A DNA stretch of 64,000 nucleotides, taken from the NCBI GenBank assembly GCA_963707915.1, contig OY970178.1, positions 1,600,001 through 1,664,000 on the forward strand, in the 5' to 3' direction. Position numbers and translations under genes: made by a program. Every line of letters begins with the position of its first letter. Positions within the stretch are counted from its first letter, which is position 1. The notes beneath the pieces are model-generated. The model ran no database searches. It was not told the origin of the DNA and saw nothing but the letters and a program-made list of their open reading frames with translations. Below, in pieces: positions 50,003 to 60,838 of the stretch. Source of the DNA: Candidatus Eiseniibacteriota bacterium (GTDB lineage: Bacteria > Eisenbacteria > RBG-16-71-46).

Positions 50003-51565
50003 CTAGGCCCGCCCCGCGCCCCCGGGCCCCGGCGCGGCGTCCGCGCGACGCCACTCGCCGCTGGGGTCGTCGAGGGTATAGCGGTCGTAGAACTCGCGCC
50101 CGCGCTTCGCGACGAAGTCCACGCCCTCGAGCAGCGCCTGGAACTCCTCCTCCCCCGTCACCGGGGAGAAGCAGATGCGCACCCAGCCGGGCTTCACGCC
50201 GATGTGCCCCTCCTCGAGCTGGTGCTTGATCGCGAGCGAGACCCGCGGATCGATGTGCAGCAGCTCGTGGCCGTACGGCCCGGCGCACATGCACCCGCCC
50301 CGGACCTGGATGCCGAAGAAGTCGTTGAGCAGGGCCGAGGCCAGGTTGTGGTGCAGTCCCTTGAAGATGAGCGAGACCACGCCGAGGCGCTCGGGCTCGA
50401 GGTTGCCCAGCACCTCGAGCCCGGGGTTCCTGGTCCACTCGGCCAGCGCGCGCCGCAGGTAGTCCTGCTCGATCCGCCGCATGCGCTCCGCGCCGATCGC
50501 GTGCTTGAGGTCGAAGGCGAGCCCGGCCTGGATGCTGCCCACGATGGGCGGGGTGCCGCCGGTCTCGCGGCGGAAGAAGTCGTGCAGGTAGATGTGCTCG
50601 GTCGGGGAGGTGTAGAGCACCGTGCCGCCGCCGGGCTCCGAGGGCACGCGGTTGGTGAAGAGCCGGCGGTTCGCGACCAGCAGGCCCGGCGTCCGGGGCC
50701 CGCCCAGGAACTTGTGGACCGAGAAGAACGCTGCGTCCTTCGCCGCCGCCTCGTCGGGCCGGCCGGTCGCGTCCACCGGGTGCAGGTCGATGTCCACGTA
50801 CGGCCCCGAGGCGGCGTAGTCGAAGAAGGCCAGCGCCCCGTGCGCGTGCAGCACCCGCGCGATCGCGGCCGTGTCGTTGAGGATGCCCGTGACGTTCGAG
50901 GCGGCCGAGAAGGTCCCGATCCTGAGCGCGCGGCCGGCGTGGGCCGCGAGCACCCGGTCGAGGTGCTCGAGGCTGACGCGCCCCTGCGCGTCGAAATCCA
51001 CGTAGACGTTCTCGGCGATGGTCTCGCGCCAGGTGATGTCGTTGCTGTGGTGCTCCATGTGGCTCCGGAACACCACCGGGCGCTCGTCCTCGGGGACGTG
51101 ACCGGAGAGCCGGTAACGGTCCTCGAGCTGGCAGGGGATGCGCAGCCCCAGGATGGCGATGAGCCGGTTGACCGCGCCGGTCGAGCCCGCACCCACCGGG
51201 ATGAGCACGTCGTCCGGCCCCGCGTGGAGGTAGCGCGCGATGCGGCGGAACGCGCCCTCGTAGTAGCGCGTCATGAGCCGTCCGGTGTGCGAGGACTCGG
51301 TGTGGGTGTTGGCCATGAAGGGCAGCACGCGCGCGGCCAGCTCGTCCTCGACGGCGCGGTGGAAGCGGCCCGAGGCGATGTAGTCGAAGTAGCGGAGCGG
51401 CTTCTCCCCCTCCGGTGTGGGGAACGTCGCGTCCACGCCGACCACGCCGCGGCGCAGATGCTCGAGGAAGGCGCGTTCCTCGGCCGCGTCGCGCGTCTCG
51501 ATCGCGCGCCGCGGCGTGTCGTCCTCGAGATCCACCAGCGGCGGGAAGGTGTGCTCGGCGGCCAT
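50003..51565 (-). CDS. Class V PLP-dependent enzyme (cysteine desulfurase-like)
   Basis: YFDYIASGR, ANTHTE, EHHSN, SNVTG, FDYAA, SVHKFLGG, RGGCMCAGPYG, KPGWVR. Confidence 0.88.
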   Translation of the reverse strand: MAAEHTFPPLVDLEDDTPRRAIETRDAAEERAFLEHLRRGVVGVDATFPTPEGEKPLRYFDYIASGRFHRAVEDELAARVLPFMANTHTESSHTGRLMTRYYEGAFRRIARYLHAGPDDVLIPVGAGSTGAVNRLIAILGLRIPCQLEDRYRLSGHVPEDERPVVFRSHMEHHSNDITWRETIAENVYVDFDAQGRVSLEHLDRVLAAHAGRALRIGTFSAASNVTGILNDTAAIARVLHAHGALAFFDYAASGPYVDIDLHPVDATGRPDEAAAKDAAFFSVHKFLGGPRTPGLLVANRRLFTNRVPSEPGGGTVLYTSPTEHIYLHDFFRRETGGTPPIVGSIQAGLAFDLKHAIGAERMRRIEQDYLRRALAEWTRNPGLEVLGNLEPERLGVVSLIFKGLHHNLASALLNDFFGIQVRGGCMCAGPYGHELLHIDPRVSLAIKHQLEEGHIGVKPGWVRICFSPVTGEEEFQALLEGVDFVAKRGREFYDRYTLDDPSGEWRRADAAPGPGGAGRA

Positions 51566-51652
51566 GGTCACCTCACGGGTCGGCGTCGGGTCCGCGGTCA
51601 TGCTAGCCTGCCGTCGCCGGAGCGGCAACGCGACGCGAAGGAGGACCCGACG

Positions 51653-52827
51653 ATGACCGCAGCCACGGAAGCCAGGACCATCGCCTTCTGCCAGGAGCTG
51701 GTGAGGATCGAGAGCCTCTCGGGCGGGGAACAGGCCGCGGCCGCGGCGGTCGAGCGCGAGATGCGCTCCCTCGGCTACGACGAGGTGCGCCGCGACGAGC
51801 TCGGCGGCGTGGTCGGCAAGCTGCGCGGGGCACGCGCCGCCGGCCCCGGCGCGGCGCCCGGCGCCCTGCTGTTCGACGCCCACCTGGACGTGGTCCCGGC
51901 CACCGAGCCGGGCAGCTGGCGCTTCCCGCCGTTCTCGGGCGAGCTGGCGGAGGGCCGCGTCTGGGGCCGGGGCGCGACCGACGTCAAGGGCTCGCTCGCG
52001 GCGCTGGTCCTGGGGCTGGGCACCCTGCCCCGCGCGGACTTCGCGGGCACCCTGCTGGTCTCGGCGAGCGTCGGCGAGGAGCGCATCGAGGGCCTGGCCC
52101 TGGGCCACGTGCTCGCCGCGCATCCCGCGCGCGCGGCGGTGATCTGCGAGCCGACCGGGCTGCGGCTGGGGCTCGGCCACCGCGGGCGCGCGAGCCTGGT
52201 GGTCGAGGCCACGGGCCGGGCCGCGCACACCTCGCGCGCCGAGAACGGCATCAACGCGGTCTACCGGCTGACCGAGGCCATCACCCGGGTCCGCGCCATG
52301 GCGCCCCGCGCCGACGAGCTGCTCGGGCGCGGCCACGCCGAGCTGGTCGAGGTCTCCTCGCTCCCCTACCCGGGCTCCGCGATGGTGCCCTACCACGCGA
52401 CTGCGCGCTTCGACCGGCGGCTGGTGCGCGGCGAGACCCGCGAGAGCGTGCTGGGCGAGATGGAGGCCGCGCTCGCCGGGCTCGAGGGCGTGAGCGTGCG
52501 CCTGCACCAGGGCACGCTCGGTGCTTCACCGGGCGCTCGTTCACGGTGGAGGCGTTCCATCCCGGCTGGGCGGTGGCGGCCGATGCGCCCCACGTGCGGC
52601 GGGCGCGCGAGGCGCTCGCCGGGGCCGGGCTGGCAGACGAGGTCTTCTACGCTCCGTACTCCACGAACGGGACCGCGACCGCGGGCCGCGCGGGTCTCCC
52701 CACGCTCATCTACGGCGCGGGCGACATCTCCGCCGCGCACGCGGTGGACGAGAGCATCGCCACCGACGAGCTGCTCGCCGCGTCCCGCGGCTACCAGGCG
52801 CTCGCGCGGGGCCTGGCCGCGGGCTGA
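51653..52827 (+). CDS. M20/ArgE family amidohydrolase (YgeY-like), frameshift near 52520
   Basis: ELVRIESLSG, DAHLDVV, GRGATDVKG, GEE, CEPT, GRAAH; C-terminus YSTNG...GAGD..AAHAVDE in the second frame. Confidence 0.85.
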
Positions 52828-52984
52828 GCGGTCCGACGGCGGGACGCCTCCGGCGCGTGCCCGGCTCGAGTTCGACCCCGGGGGGCCCGTCGCCCGGGGC
52901 GGGCAGGGACGCGACCCGGCATGCGTGAGCGGGGCGTCCGCTCGGACGCCCCGCTCGTGCTCGTTGCTCCGCGATCTACTGCGG

Positions 52985-53941
52985 TTACTCGGCGCGCCCC
53001 AGCACCAGCGCGATCAGCGCCATGCGCAGCACGACGCCGTTGGCGGCCTCGATCCAGTAGCGGGCGTGACGCGTGCTGTCCACGTCGGCGGGCAGCTCGT
53101 CCATGCGCGGCAGCGAGTGCAGGACGATCGAGCCCGGCTTGGCCTTCTCGCGCATCATCGTGCGGGTGACCTGGTACTCGGGCGGCGTGAGGCCCTTCTT
53201 CGCGTCGGCCGCGTCGACGCGCGACTTGGTGTAGTCGGCCTGCACCACCGGCTCGATGTAGATCACGTCGGCCTTGTCGATGCACTCCGACGTGCTCTTC
53301 CACTCGTGGTAGCGCACGTTGCGGTCGGCCAGCTCCTGCTTGAACTCGGCCGTCGGCGCCATGTCCGGCGGGTAGACCACGTCGAGCTCCATGTCGAACG
53401 CCGTGGCGGCGTAGCCGATCGAGTGCATGGTGCGCATGCGGTGGTCGCCGACGCACAGCCAGCGCAGGCCGTCGAGCGTGCCCTTCTCGCGCCAGATCGT
53501 GTACAGGTCGGTGAGCACCTGCGTCGGGTGCTCGCCCCAGCCGTCGCCGCAGTTGATGATGGGCACCGAGGAGTGCTTCGCCGCCTCGGCCGGCGCGCCG
53601 AGCTGGAAGTGCCGCATCGCGATCACGTCGCCGTAGTACTCCAGCATGCGCACGGTGTCCTTGATCGACTCCTGGTAGAAGTCGCCGGCGCGCGTCATCT
53701 TGGCGTCGGAGAAGCCCAGGACGTGGCCGCCGAGGCGGTGCATCGCGGCCTCGGTGGACAGGCGGGTGCGGGTGCTGGGCTGGTAGAACGCGGTCAGCAG
53801 CGTCTTGTCGGCGCACAGGTCGGTGTTGCGGCGGTTGTGGGCGTGCGGCGCGAGCTTCTCGCACACCTCGAAGATGCGGGTGTAGTCGTCGCGCTCGAAA
53901 TCCTTGAGCGACAGGATGTCACGTCCGATGAAGCTCCTCAT
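52985..53941 (-). CDS. ATCase-like carbamoyltransferase (pseudo-ATCase) of uncertain specificity
   Basis: FYQPSTRTRLS, HPTQ and HSLPR are present, but the ATCase RxQxER motif is replaced by EPVVQADY. GGAGAGG RBS. Confidence 0.85.
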   Translation of the reverse strand: MRSFIGRDILSLKDFERDDYTRIFEVCEKLAPHAHNRRNTDLCADKTLLTAFYQPSTRTRLSTEAAMHRLGGHVLGFSDAKMTRAGDFYQESIKDTVRMLEYYGDVIAMRHFQLGAPAEAAKHSSVPIINCGDGWGEHPTQVLTDLYTIWREKGTLDGLRWLCVGDHRMRTMHSIGYAATAFDMELDVVYPPDMAPTAEFKQELADRNVRYHEWKSTSECIDKADVIYIEPVVQADYTKSRVDAADAKKGLTPPEYQVTRTMMREKAKPGSIVLHSLPRMDELPADVDSTRHARYWIEAANGVVLRMALIALVLGRAE

Positions 53942-54012
53942 GGCACCTCTCCCAGGATGGTGGGTCTGATGACGGCCGGATCCAACGCCGGCCGTGGTTC
54001 CTGCTTCCTTCG

Positions 54013-55256
54013 CTACCCCTCGGGGAACAACGTGTCGAGCACGCCGGCGTCCGGCGGGATGAGCCGCGGCTCGCCGGCCGTCTTCATGGCCGAGGCCACG
54101 TCCTTGAGCCCGTTGCCGGTGATGAGCGCCACGACGCGCCAGGCCGGGTCCACCAGGCCCTGGCGCACGGCCTCCTTCAGCCCGGCCCAGCGCGGCGGCC
54201 GCCGCGGGCTCGGCGAACACGCCGGCGCCGCGCGCCACCTCGCCGATCGCGGCCAGGATCGCGGCGTCGCTCACCGTGACGCCGAAGCCGCCCGACTCGC
54301 GGATCGCCTTCACGGCCGCGTCGCCGTCGCGCGGCAGGCTCACCGAGATCGAGTCCGCCACGGTGTCGCCGGACACCGGCCGGATCACGCCGTCGCCGGC
54401 CGCGGCCTTGACGATCGCCGCGCTGCCCTCGGCCTGCACCGCCAGCAGCCGGGGCGTGCGCTCGATGAAGCCCAGGCGCTGGAACTCGACGAAGCCCTTC
54501 CAGACGCCCGAGAGGATGTTGCCGTCGCCGACCGGCACGACGACCAGGTCCGGCACCTGCCAGTCCAGCTGCTCGCAGAGCTCGAAGGAGACGGTCTTCT
54601 TGCCCTCGCGCGTGTACGGGTTGAATCCGGTGTTGCGGTTGTACCAGCCGAAACGGCGCGTGGCCTCGAGACAGAGATCGAAGGCCTGGTCGTAGGTGCC
54701 GTCCACCGCCAGCACCTCGGCACCGAAGGTCAGCAGCTGCGCGATCTTCGCGCGCGGCGCGGTCTTCGGCACGAAGATGCGCGTGCGGATGCCCGGCGCG
54801 GCGGCGAGCACCGCGGTCGCCGAGGCGGCGTTGCCGGTCGAGGCCCCGGTCACCAGCGTGCACCCGAGCTCCTGCGCGCGCTTGAGCGCGACCGAGCTGG
54901 CGCGACACTTGAACGAGGCGCTGGGATTGCGGCCGTCGTCCTTGAGCAGCAGCGGCCGGGCGAGCCCGAGCTCCCGCGCGAGCCGCGGCGCCTCGACCAG
55001 CGGCGTCCAGCCCACCGGCGGCCCGTCGAGCCGGGCGCTCACCGGCAGGAGCGGCAGGTAGCGCCAGATCGTGCGGTCGCCGCTCTTCGCGAGCGATTCG
55101 CGCGACCAGCTCTTCCTCACGACGTCGAGGTCGTACTCGACCAGCGTGTTCGCGCCGCAGTCCGGGCAGACGTAGCGGTCGTCGGCGACCGGCGCGAGCC
55201 GGCCGCAGGCGACGCAGCGCAGGCCGACCGCGTTGCCCCGGCCGCGGCCCGCTCAC
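54013..55256 (-). CDS. Threonine synthase-like fold-type-II PLP enzyme, frameshifts near 55240 and 54190
   Basis: N-terminal CxxC...CPxC; IWRYLPLLP, GWTPL, NPSASFKCR, ASTGNAA, EGKKT, PVGDG, EPA, TGNGLKD. Confidence 0.85.
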
Positions 55257-56204
55257 GCCACGATCCAGGTGCCCGACTTGCCTTCCAGCGCGGGCACGAG
55301 GTGCTGCGGGTCGGTGATCAGCGCCTGCTTGCCGCCCGACTCGAGGAACTCGATGATCGCCTCGATCTTGGGCTTCATGCTGCCCGGCGCGAAGTGGCCC
55401 TCGGCCAGGTACTTCTTCGCCTCGGCCAGGGTCATGCGGTCGATGTCCTTCTGGTCGGGCTTGCGGAAGTTGAGGCAGACCTTCTCGATCGCGGTCGAGA
55501 TGATGAGCAGGTCGGCCTTCAGGTCGCGCGCCAGCAGGCTGGTCGCGAGGTCCTTGTCGATCACGGCCGCCGCGCCCTTCAGGTGCCCCTTCTCGTCCTC
55601 GACCACCGGGATGCCGCCGCCGCCCACCGCGACCACCACGATGTCGTTCTCGAGCAGCCGGCGGATGGCCTCGAGCTCGATGATCGGCATCGGCTTCGGC
55701 GAGGCCACGACGCGGCGGAACCCGCGCCCGGCGTCCTCGACGATGTCCCACTTGTCCTTCTGCCGGTGCTCGTTCGCGGTCTTCTCGTCCATGAAGGAGC
55801 CGATCGGCTTCGACGGCTTCTTGAAGGACGGATCGTTGCGGTCCACCAGCACCTGCGTCACCACGGTGGCGACCACCGGGGGCCTGCGGCCAGTCCTTCA
55901 TCTCGTTGTACATCGCGCGCTGCACCTGGTAGCCGATCGCCCCCTGGGTGTCGGCACCGCACGAGTCGAGCGGCACCTGGTGCAGCTCGTGGGCCGCCAG
56001 CTCGCTGCGCCGCAGGATGAAGCCGACCTGCGGGCCGTTGCCGTGGGTCACGACGACGCGGTAGCCCGACTTGACCAGCCCCGCGATGTGCCGGCAGGTC
56101 TCCTCGACCGCGGCGTACTGGTCCTCCACCGACTTGTGCGACTCGTCCAGGATCAGCGAATTCCCGCCCACCGCGAGGATGGCGAGCTTCTTCTCGGTCG
56201 TCAT
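55253..56204 (-). CDS. arcC: Carbamate kinase, frameshift near 55880
   Basis: AVGGNSL, THGNGPQVG, TQGAIGY, KPIG, RRVVASP, GGGGIPV, AVIDKD, GSMKPK. Confidence 0.93.
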
Positions 56205-56301
56205 GTTCCCCACTCCATCCGCGCCCGAGCGGGCGCGATCGTTCGTTGGTCAGGGACCGGGAGCCGCCCGCAGGCGGCTCCCGTCCACGGTCCGCCGGGC
56301 C

Positions 56302-57785
56302 CTAGAGGGTCTTGAGCACGCCCGTGCGCTCGTTGAACTGCTGGATGAGCCGGTCCCACTCCGCGACCTGGGCCCAGGTCTCGGTCCAGAAGTCGGGCTC
56401 CCACAGGGCGGCCAGCTCCTCGGAGGTCTTGCCCTGCTGCTCCACCCAGGTGAAGTACTTGAGGTTGTGGAGCCGCTTGCGGTCGTGGTAGCCGAGCTCC
56501 TGCAGGTAGTCGGTCCCGGCGCCCTCGAGGTAGCGGGCGAAGTCCTGGGCCGCGCGCTCGCGGGTGTACGGGCCCCGCTCGTCGCGCAGCTCCTGCGTGC
56601 GCGAGCGCGTACAGCGTCCATCGAGTCGGTGAGCGGGGTCGACCATGACGTCGCGCCCGTCCAGCTCGTAGTATCTTCGCCACCTTGATCGCCGCGATCA
56701 GGTTGCAGATGCCGGAGATCCCGACCAGCGGCAGGAGCTTGAGGAAGTCCTCCTTCAGGCCGCTGCGCGGCGAGGAACTTGATCGCCCTCCTCCTCGTTG
56801 AACAGCCGCAGGAGGCTCATGGCACTGCTCGTCGTCGATGGCCGCGACCATGTCGGTGTTGCGCACGTTGTGCACCCAGGGCACGTGCTTGTCGCCGATC
56901 CCCTCGATGCGGTGCGCGCCGAAGCCGTTCGAGAGCAGCGTCGGGCACTGCAGCGCCTCGGTCGCCACGACCTTCACGTGCGGGAACCGGGTGCGCAGGT
57001 AGTCGCCGGCCGCGATGGTGCCGGCCGAGCCCGTGGCCGAGATGTAGGCGGCCAGCCGGCTGTCCGGCTTGCGGATCTGGCCGAAGACCTCCTCGACGAT
57101 CGAGCCGGTCATGGTGTAGTGCCAGGCCGCGTTCCCGAACTCCTCGAACTGGTTGAAGATGGAGATCTTGTCGCCGCGCGTCTTCCGCAGCTCCCAGCAC
57201 TTGTCGTAGATCTCCTTGACGTTCGACTCGGTGCCCGGCGTCGCGATGATCTCGTCCGTGCCGATGGCGCGCAGCCACTCGAAGCGCTCCTTCGACATGC
57301 CCTCGGGCAGGATGGCGATGGCCTTGCAGCCGAGCAGCGCGCTGTCGAAGGCGCCGCCGCGGCAGTAGTTCCCGGTCGAGGGCCAGACCGCCTTGTGCAG
57401 CTCGGGGTCGAACTCGCCCGTGACCAGGCGCGGCACCAGGCAGCCGAAGGCGGCGCCGACCTTGTGGGCGCCGATCGGGAAGTGCTTGCCGACCAGCCCG
57501 ACGATGCGGGCCTTCACGCCGGTCAACTCGGACGGGAACTCGATCCAGTTGCCGCGGTTGAACAGGCCGCCCTTCTCCTTCGGCTCGTTCTTCCAGGTGA
57601 TGCGGAAGAGGTTGAGCGGGTCGACATCCTGCATGCCCGACCCCGGCCAGCCGCTTCTTGATCGGCTCCGGGACCCGGCTCGGGTCCTTCTGCTCGGCGA
57701 AGGTGGGGATGACGATCTTGCGCTCGCGGCAGCGCGCCACGGTCTTGGCGATGACGGCTTCGTCGATCTTCGGAGAGACCCGCAT
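56302..57785 (-). CDS. Fold-type-II PLP enzyme (cysteine synthase/DPAL-like superfamily), several frameshifts
   Basis: NLFRITWKNE, FPIGAHKVGA, WPSTGNYCRGG, GSAGT, HRIEGIGDKH, GISG, HNLKYFTWVEQQG. Confidence 0.8.
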
Positions 57786-58119
57786 CCAATGGCTCCTTTT
57801 CGGCGGAGTTTTCGGGTTTCGGAGGGACCAAGGACAATAGCCGAGGCCGCTGCCGCAGGGCAAACGCGGGGACCGCACAAGTCCTTGACGTCGCATGGCC
57901 GAGGGGCGCGGGCCCGTCCCCCCGCGCGGAGGTCGGGGACGCCGGTTTGAACGCGGACCCGCGCAACGGGTACGATGCGCGGCCGACTTCCTGACGGTGG
58001 CCGTCAGCGGCTTGTTTCTCCCTCGAGCGCGGCGGCCACGACGATGCCATCCGCCATTCCGAGGCGCCGGCCGGGACCTTCGAGGGGTCCGCCGGCTCCC
58101 GCACCCAGAAGGAGCCTGC

Positions 58120-59265
58120 ATGAGCCCCGTGACCTCCCTCCCGCCGGTCCCCGACCGCGCCGCGCTCGACGCCCTCTTCGGCCGCAGCATGCTGCTGACG
58201 CGCGACTGGACCACGCCCGAGCTCGAGACCCTGATGGCGGTGATCGGTCGTTTCGCCGGGCTCGACTACGCCGGCAAGTCCACCGCGCTGTTCAAGGACG
58301 AGCTGGGCTGGGCCCTGTTCTTCGACCAGTCCACCCGCACCAAGTCGGCCTGGGCCGGCGCCTGCGCACGCCTCGGCCTGGACCCGGTCATCGTCGACGG
58401 CAGCAGCACGCAGGTCTCGCACGGCGAGACCGCGGTCGAGACCGGCGCGATGCTGGGGATGAACGCCCACGCCCTGGGCGTGCGGCACGATCTCATCATC
58501 GGCGAGGGCAACCGCTTCATGCGCGACGTCAAGCAGGGCATCGACGACTACCTCGCCGCGATCCGGGACCCGCGCCGGGTGCCGGTCGTGAACCTGCAGT
58601 GCGACATCGACCACCCCACGCAGACGATGGCCGACCTGATGTGGATGCGCGAGTGCAACCCCGGCGGCCTCAAGGGCAAGAAGATCGCCATCTCCTGGGC
58701 CTACTCGCCCTCGTACGCGAAGCCGCTCTCGGTGGCGCAGGGCTGCTCCATGCTCTTCACCCGCTTCGGCGCGGAGGTCGTCCTCGCCCATCCCCAGGGC
58801 TACCACCTGATGCCCGACACCATGGAATTCGCCGCGGCCAGCGCGAAGGCCTCGGGCGGCTCGTTCAAGGTGGTGAACTCGATGGACGAGGCCTTCCAGG
58901 GCGCCGACATCGTCTATCCCAAGTCGTGGGGCCCCTACGACCTCATGCTGGAGCGCGTCGCGGCCAACAAGGCGAAGGACAAGGCGCGGCTGGGCGAGAT
59001 CGAGAAGGCGGCGCTGGCGGGCAACGCGAAGCACAAGGACTGGATCTGCGACGAGCGGCGCATGGGACTCACCCGCGGCGGGAACGCGCTCTACATGCAC
59101 CCGCTGCCCGCGGACATCGGCGACGAGGTCTCGCACGGCGTGATGAAGCAGCACACCGTCAACGTCGCGCGCCAGGCCCAGTACAAGATGTACGCGATCA
59201 TGGCGCTGCTCTCGGTGGCGAAGGTCCCGAACCTCGCGCAGCGGCTGGAAGCCCTCGGGAAGTAG
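58120..59265 (+). CDS. ygeW: Knotted carbamoyltransferase, YgeW-like
   Basis: DQSTRT, QVSHGET, VNLQCDIDHPTQ, WAYSPSYAKPLSVAQG, VYPKSW, YMHPLPAD. Confidence 0.85.
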   Translation: MSPVTSLPPVPDRAALDALFGRSMLLTRDWTTPELETLMAVIGRFAGLDYAGKSTALFKDELGWALFFDQSTRTKSAWAGACARLGLDPVIVDGSSTQVSHGETAVETGAMLGMNAHALGVRHDLIIGEGNRFMRDVKQGIDDYLAAIRDPRRVPVVNLQCDIDHPTQTMADLMWMRECNPGGLKGKKIAISWAYSPSYAKPLSVAQGCSMLFTRFGAEVVLAHPQGYHLMPDTMEFAAASAKASGGSFKVVNSMDEAFQGADIVYPKSWGPYDLMLERVAANKAKDKARLGEIEKAALAGNAKHKDWICDERRMGLTRGGNALYMHPLPADIGDEVSHGVMKQHTVNVARQAQYKMYAIMALLSVAKVPNLAQRLEALGK

Positions 59266-59269
59266 TCCC

Positions 59270-60838
59270 GTGAGCGAAGGCGACACGCGCGGCACGCTCG
59301 ACGCGAGCATCGCGTCGGCGGCCGCGCGTGACCTGCCGCTCGCCGCCGCCATCCTGCGGGAGGCCATCCGCATCCCCGCCGACCACGTGGACCGCCCACC
59401 CGGGGCACCCACCGAAGGTGGGTCCGGCGGCGACCCGCTGTGCGGCACCAGCAACCACGAGGGCCCGCGCCTCGACTACCTGCGGCGCGCCGTCCTCGAG
59501 TCCGGCGCGGTCGCGAGCGCGGACGACGTCGGATTCGACGCCTTCGGCAACCTCAACTGGGTGGTGGAGGACCGCGACGACGGCGTGCCCCACCGCGAGA
59601 AGCGCGTCATCTACCTCGACGGCCACGCCGACACGGTCCGGCCGATGCGCGCCCAGTGGCACGAGCGGACCGGCGGGCTCGACCCGTTCCTCGGGCTCAC
59701 GGACCCCGCGCGGCTCGACCGCGGCCGGCTGCGCCGGGAGCTCGGCTGGCTGCCGCCGGACGACGAGTGGGGGCACCTGGTCTTCGGCCGCGGCGCCGCG
59801 GACCAGCTCGGCGGCGTGGTGGCGCAGATCGTCGCCTCGCGCATCCTGCTCGAATTGAAGCCCGCCGGCGCGCTGCGGGGCGTGATCGTGCGCAGCTACG
59901 TCACGCCGGCGGAGGAGGACAACGAGGGTGGCGGGCCGCTCTTCCTGACGCGGCGCGTGTTCCCCGGCGCCCCGCCCGCCATGCTCCCGGACGTCGTCGT
60001 GCTCACCGAGATGACCGGCGACACGACCCGCGGCGCGCTCGTCGTCCGGCGCGGCCAGCGCGGCCGCATGGCGATCGAGGTCCGGGTCACCGGGCGTTCG
60101 TGCCACGGCTCGATCCCGCGCGAGGGCCTGAACCCGCTCGAGCACGGCGGCGCGATCCTCGCCGAGGCCGCCGCGCGGCACGCGAGCGGCGAGGGCTTCC
60201 TGCGCGATCCGCTGCTCGGAGCCGGCTCGCGCACCGCCACGTGGGCGGAGCTCGAGACGCCGAGCGACTGCTCCGTGCCCGAGCGCTTCCGCTTCCGGCT
60301 CGACCGACGCCTCACCACCGGCGAGTCCCCCGAGCAGGCGCTGCGGGACGTCGAGGGCCTCGAGAGCGTGGCGCGCGCGCGCGCCGCGGGACTCGCCGTC
60401 GAGGTCGCGGTGCCGGTCTACGACCAGCCCACCTGGCGCGGCTACGTGCCCGGGAACGCGCAGGTCTACGCCGCCTGGCAGACCCCCGAGGAGCACCCCG
60501 CCATCCAGGCGGCGCTGGCGACCTACCGTGCCGTGGTGACGCCGCATGTGGCCGCGGACGGCGAGGGCGGCGCGCTGCGCCGCGAGCCCCGGGTCGACCG
60601 CTGGGTGTTCTCGACCGACGGCGTGGGCTGGCCCGTGCCCGAGAGCGAGCGGGCCCTGGTCGTGCCGGACTCGAAGCGGTGGGTCTCCGCGGGCGGGCAG
60701 CGCCACCCGGGCATGTTCGGCATCGGTCCCGGGATCATGCAGAATGCGCACCAGGTCGGCGAGGTGCTGGACCTGCGCGAGTTGCAGCAGGCGATCGCGT
60801 TCCTGGCGCGCTACCCGAGCGTGTTCGCGACGCGGTAG
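59270..60838 (+). CDS. M20 family amidohydrolase (YgeY-like, with insertions)
   Basis: DAFGN, LDGHADTV, GRGAADQLGG, AEEDNEG, RGQRGR, GRSCHGS, WVFSTDG, AHQVGE. Confidence 0.85.
   Translation: MSEGDTRGTLDASIASAAARDLPLAAAILREAIRIPADHVDRPPGAPTEGGSGGDPLCGTSNHEGPRLDYLRRAVLESGAVASADDVGFDAFGNLNWVVEDRDDGVPHREKRVIYLDGHADTVRPMRAQWHERTGGLDPFLGLTDPARLDRGRLRRELGWLPPDDEWGHLVFGRGAADQLGGVVAQIVASRILLELKPAGALRGVIVRSYVTPAEEDNEGGGPLFLTRRVFPGAPPAMLPDVVVLTEMTGDTTRGALVVRRGQRGRMAIEVRVTGRSCHGSIPREGLNPLEHGGAILAEAAARHASGEGFLRDPLLGAGSRTATWAELETPSDCSVPERFRFRLDRRLTTGESPEQALRDVEGLESVARARAAGLAVEVAVPVYDQPTWRGYVPGNAQVYAAWQTPEEHPAIQAALATYRAVVTPHVAADGEGGALRREPRVDRWVFSTDGVGWPVPESERALVVPDSKRWVSAGGQRHPGMFGIGPGIMQNAHQVGEVLDLRELQQAIAFLARYPSVFATR

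Noticed and set aside
52985..55120. Apparent threonine synthase-carbamoyltransferase fusion
   Set aside because: Caused by a frameshift near 54190. The ThrC-like gene has its own C-terminus and stop at 54013, and the transferase has its own RBS and ATG at 53941.
50204..56020. 1938-aa plus-strand ORF
   Set aside because: Mostly an antisense shadow of real minus-strand genes in high-GC DNA. Only 51653-52520 is the real M20 N-terminal part.
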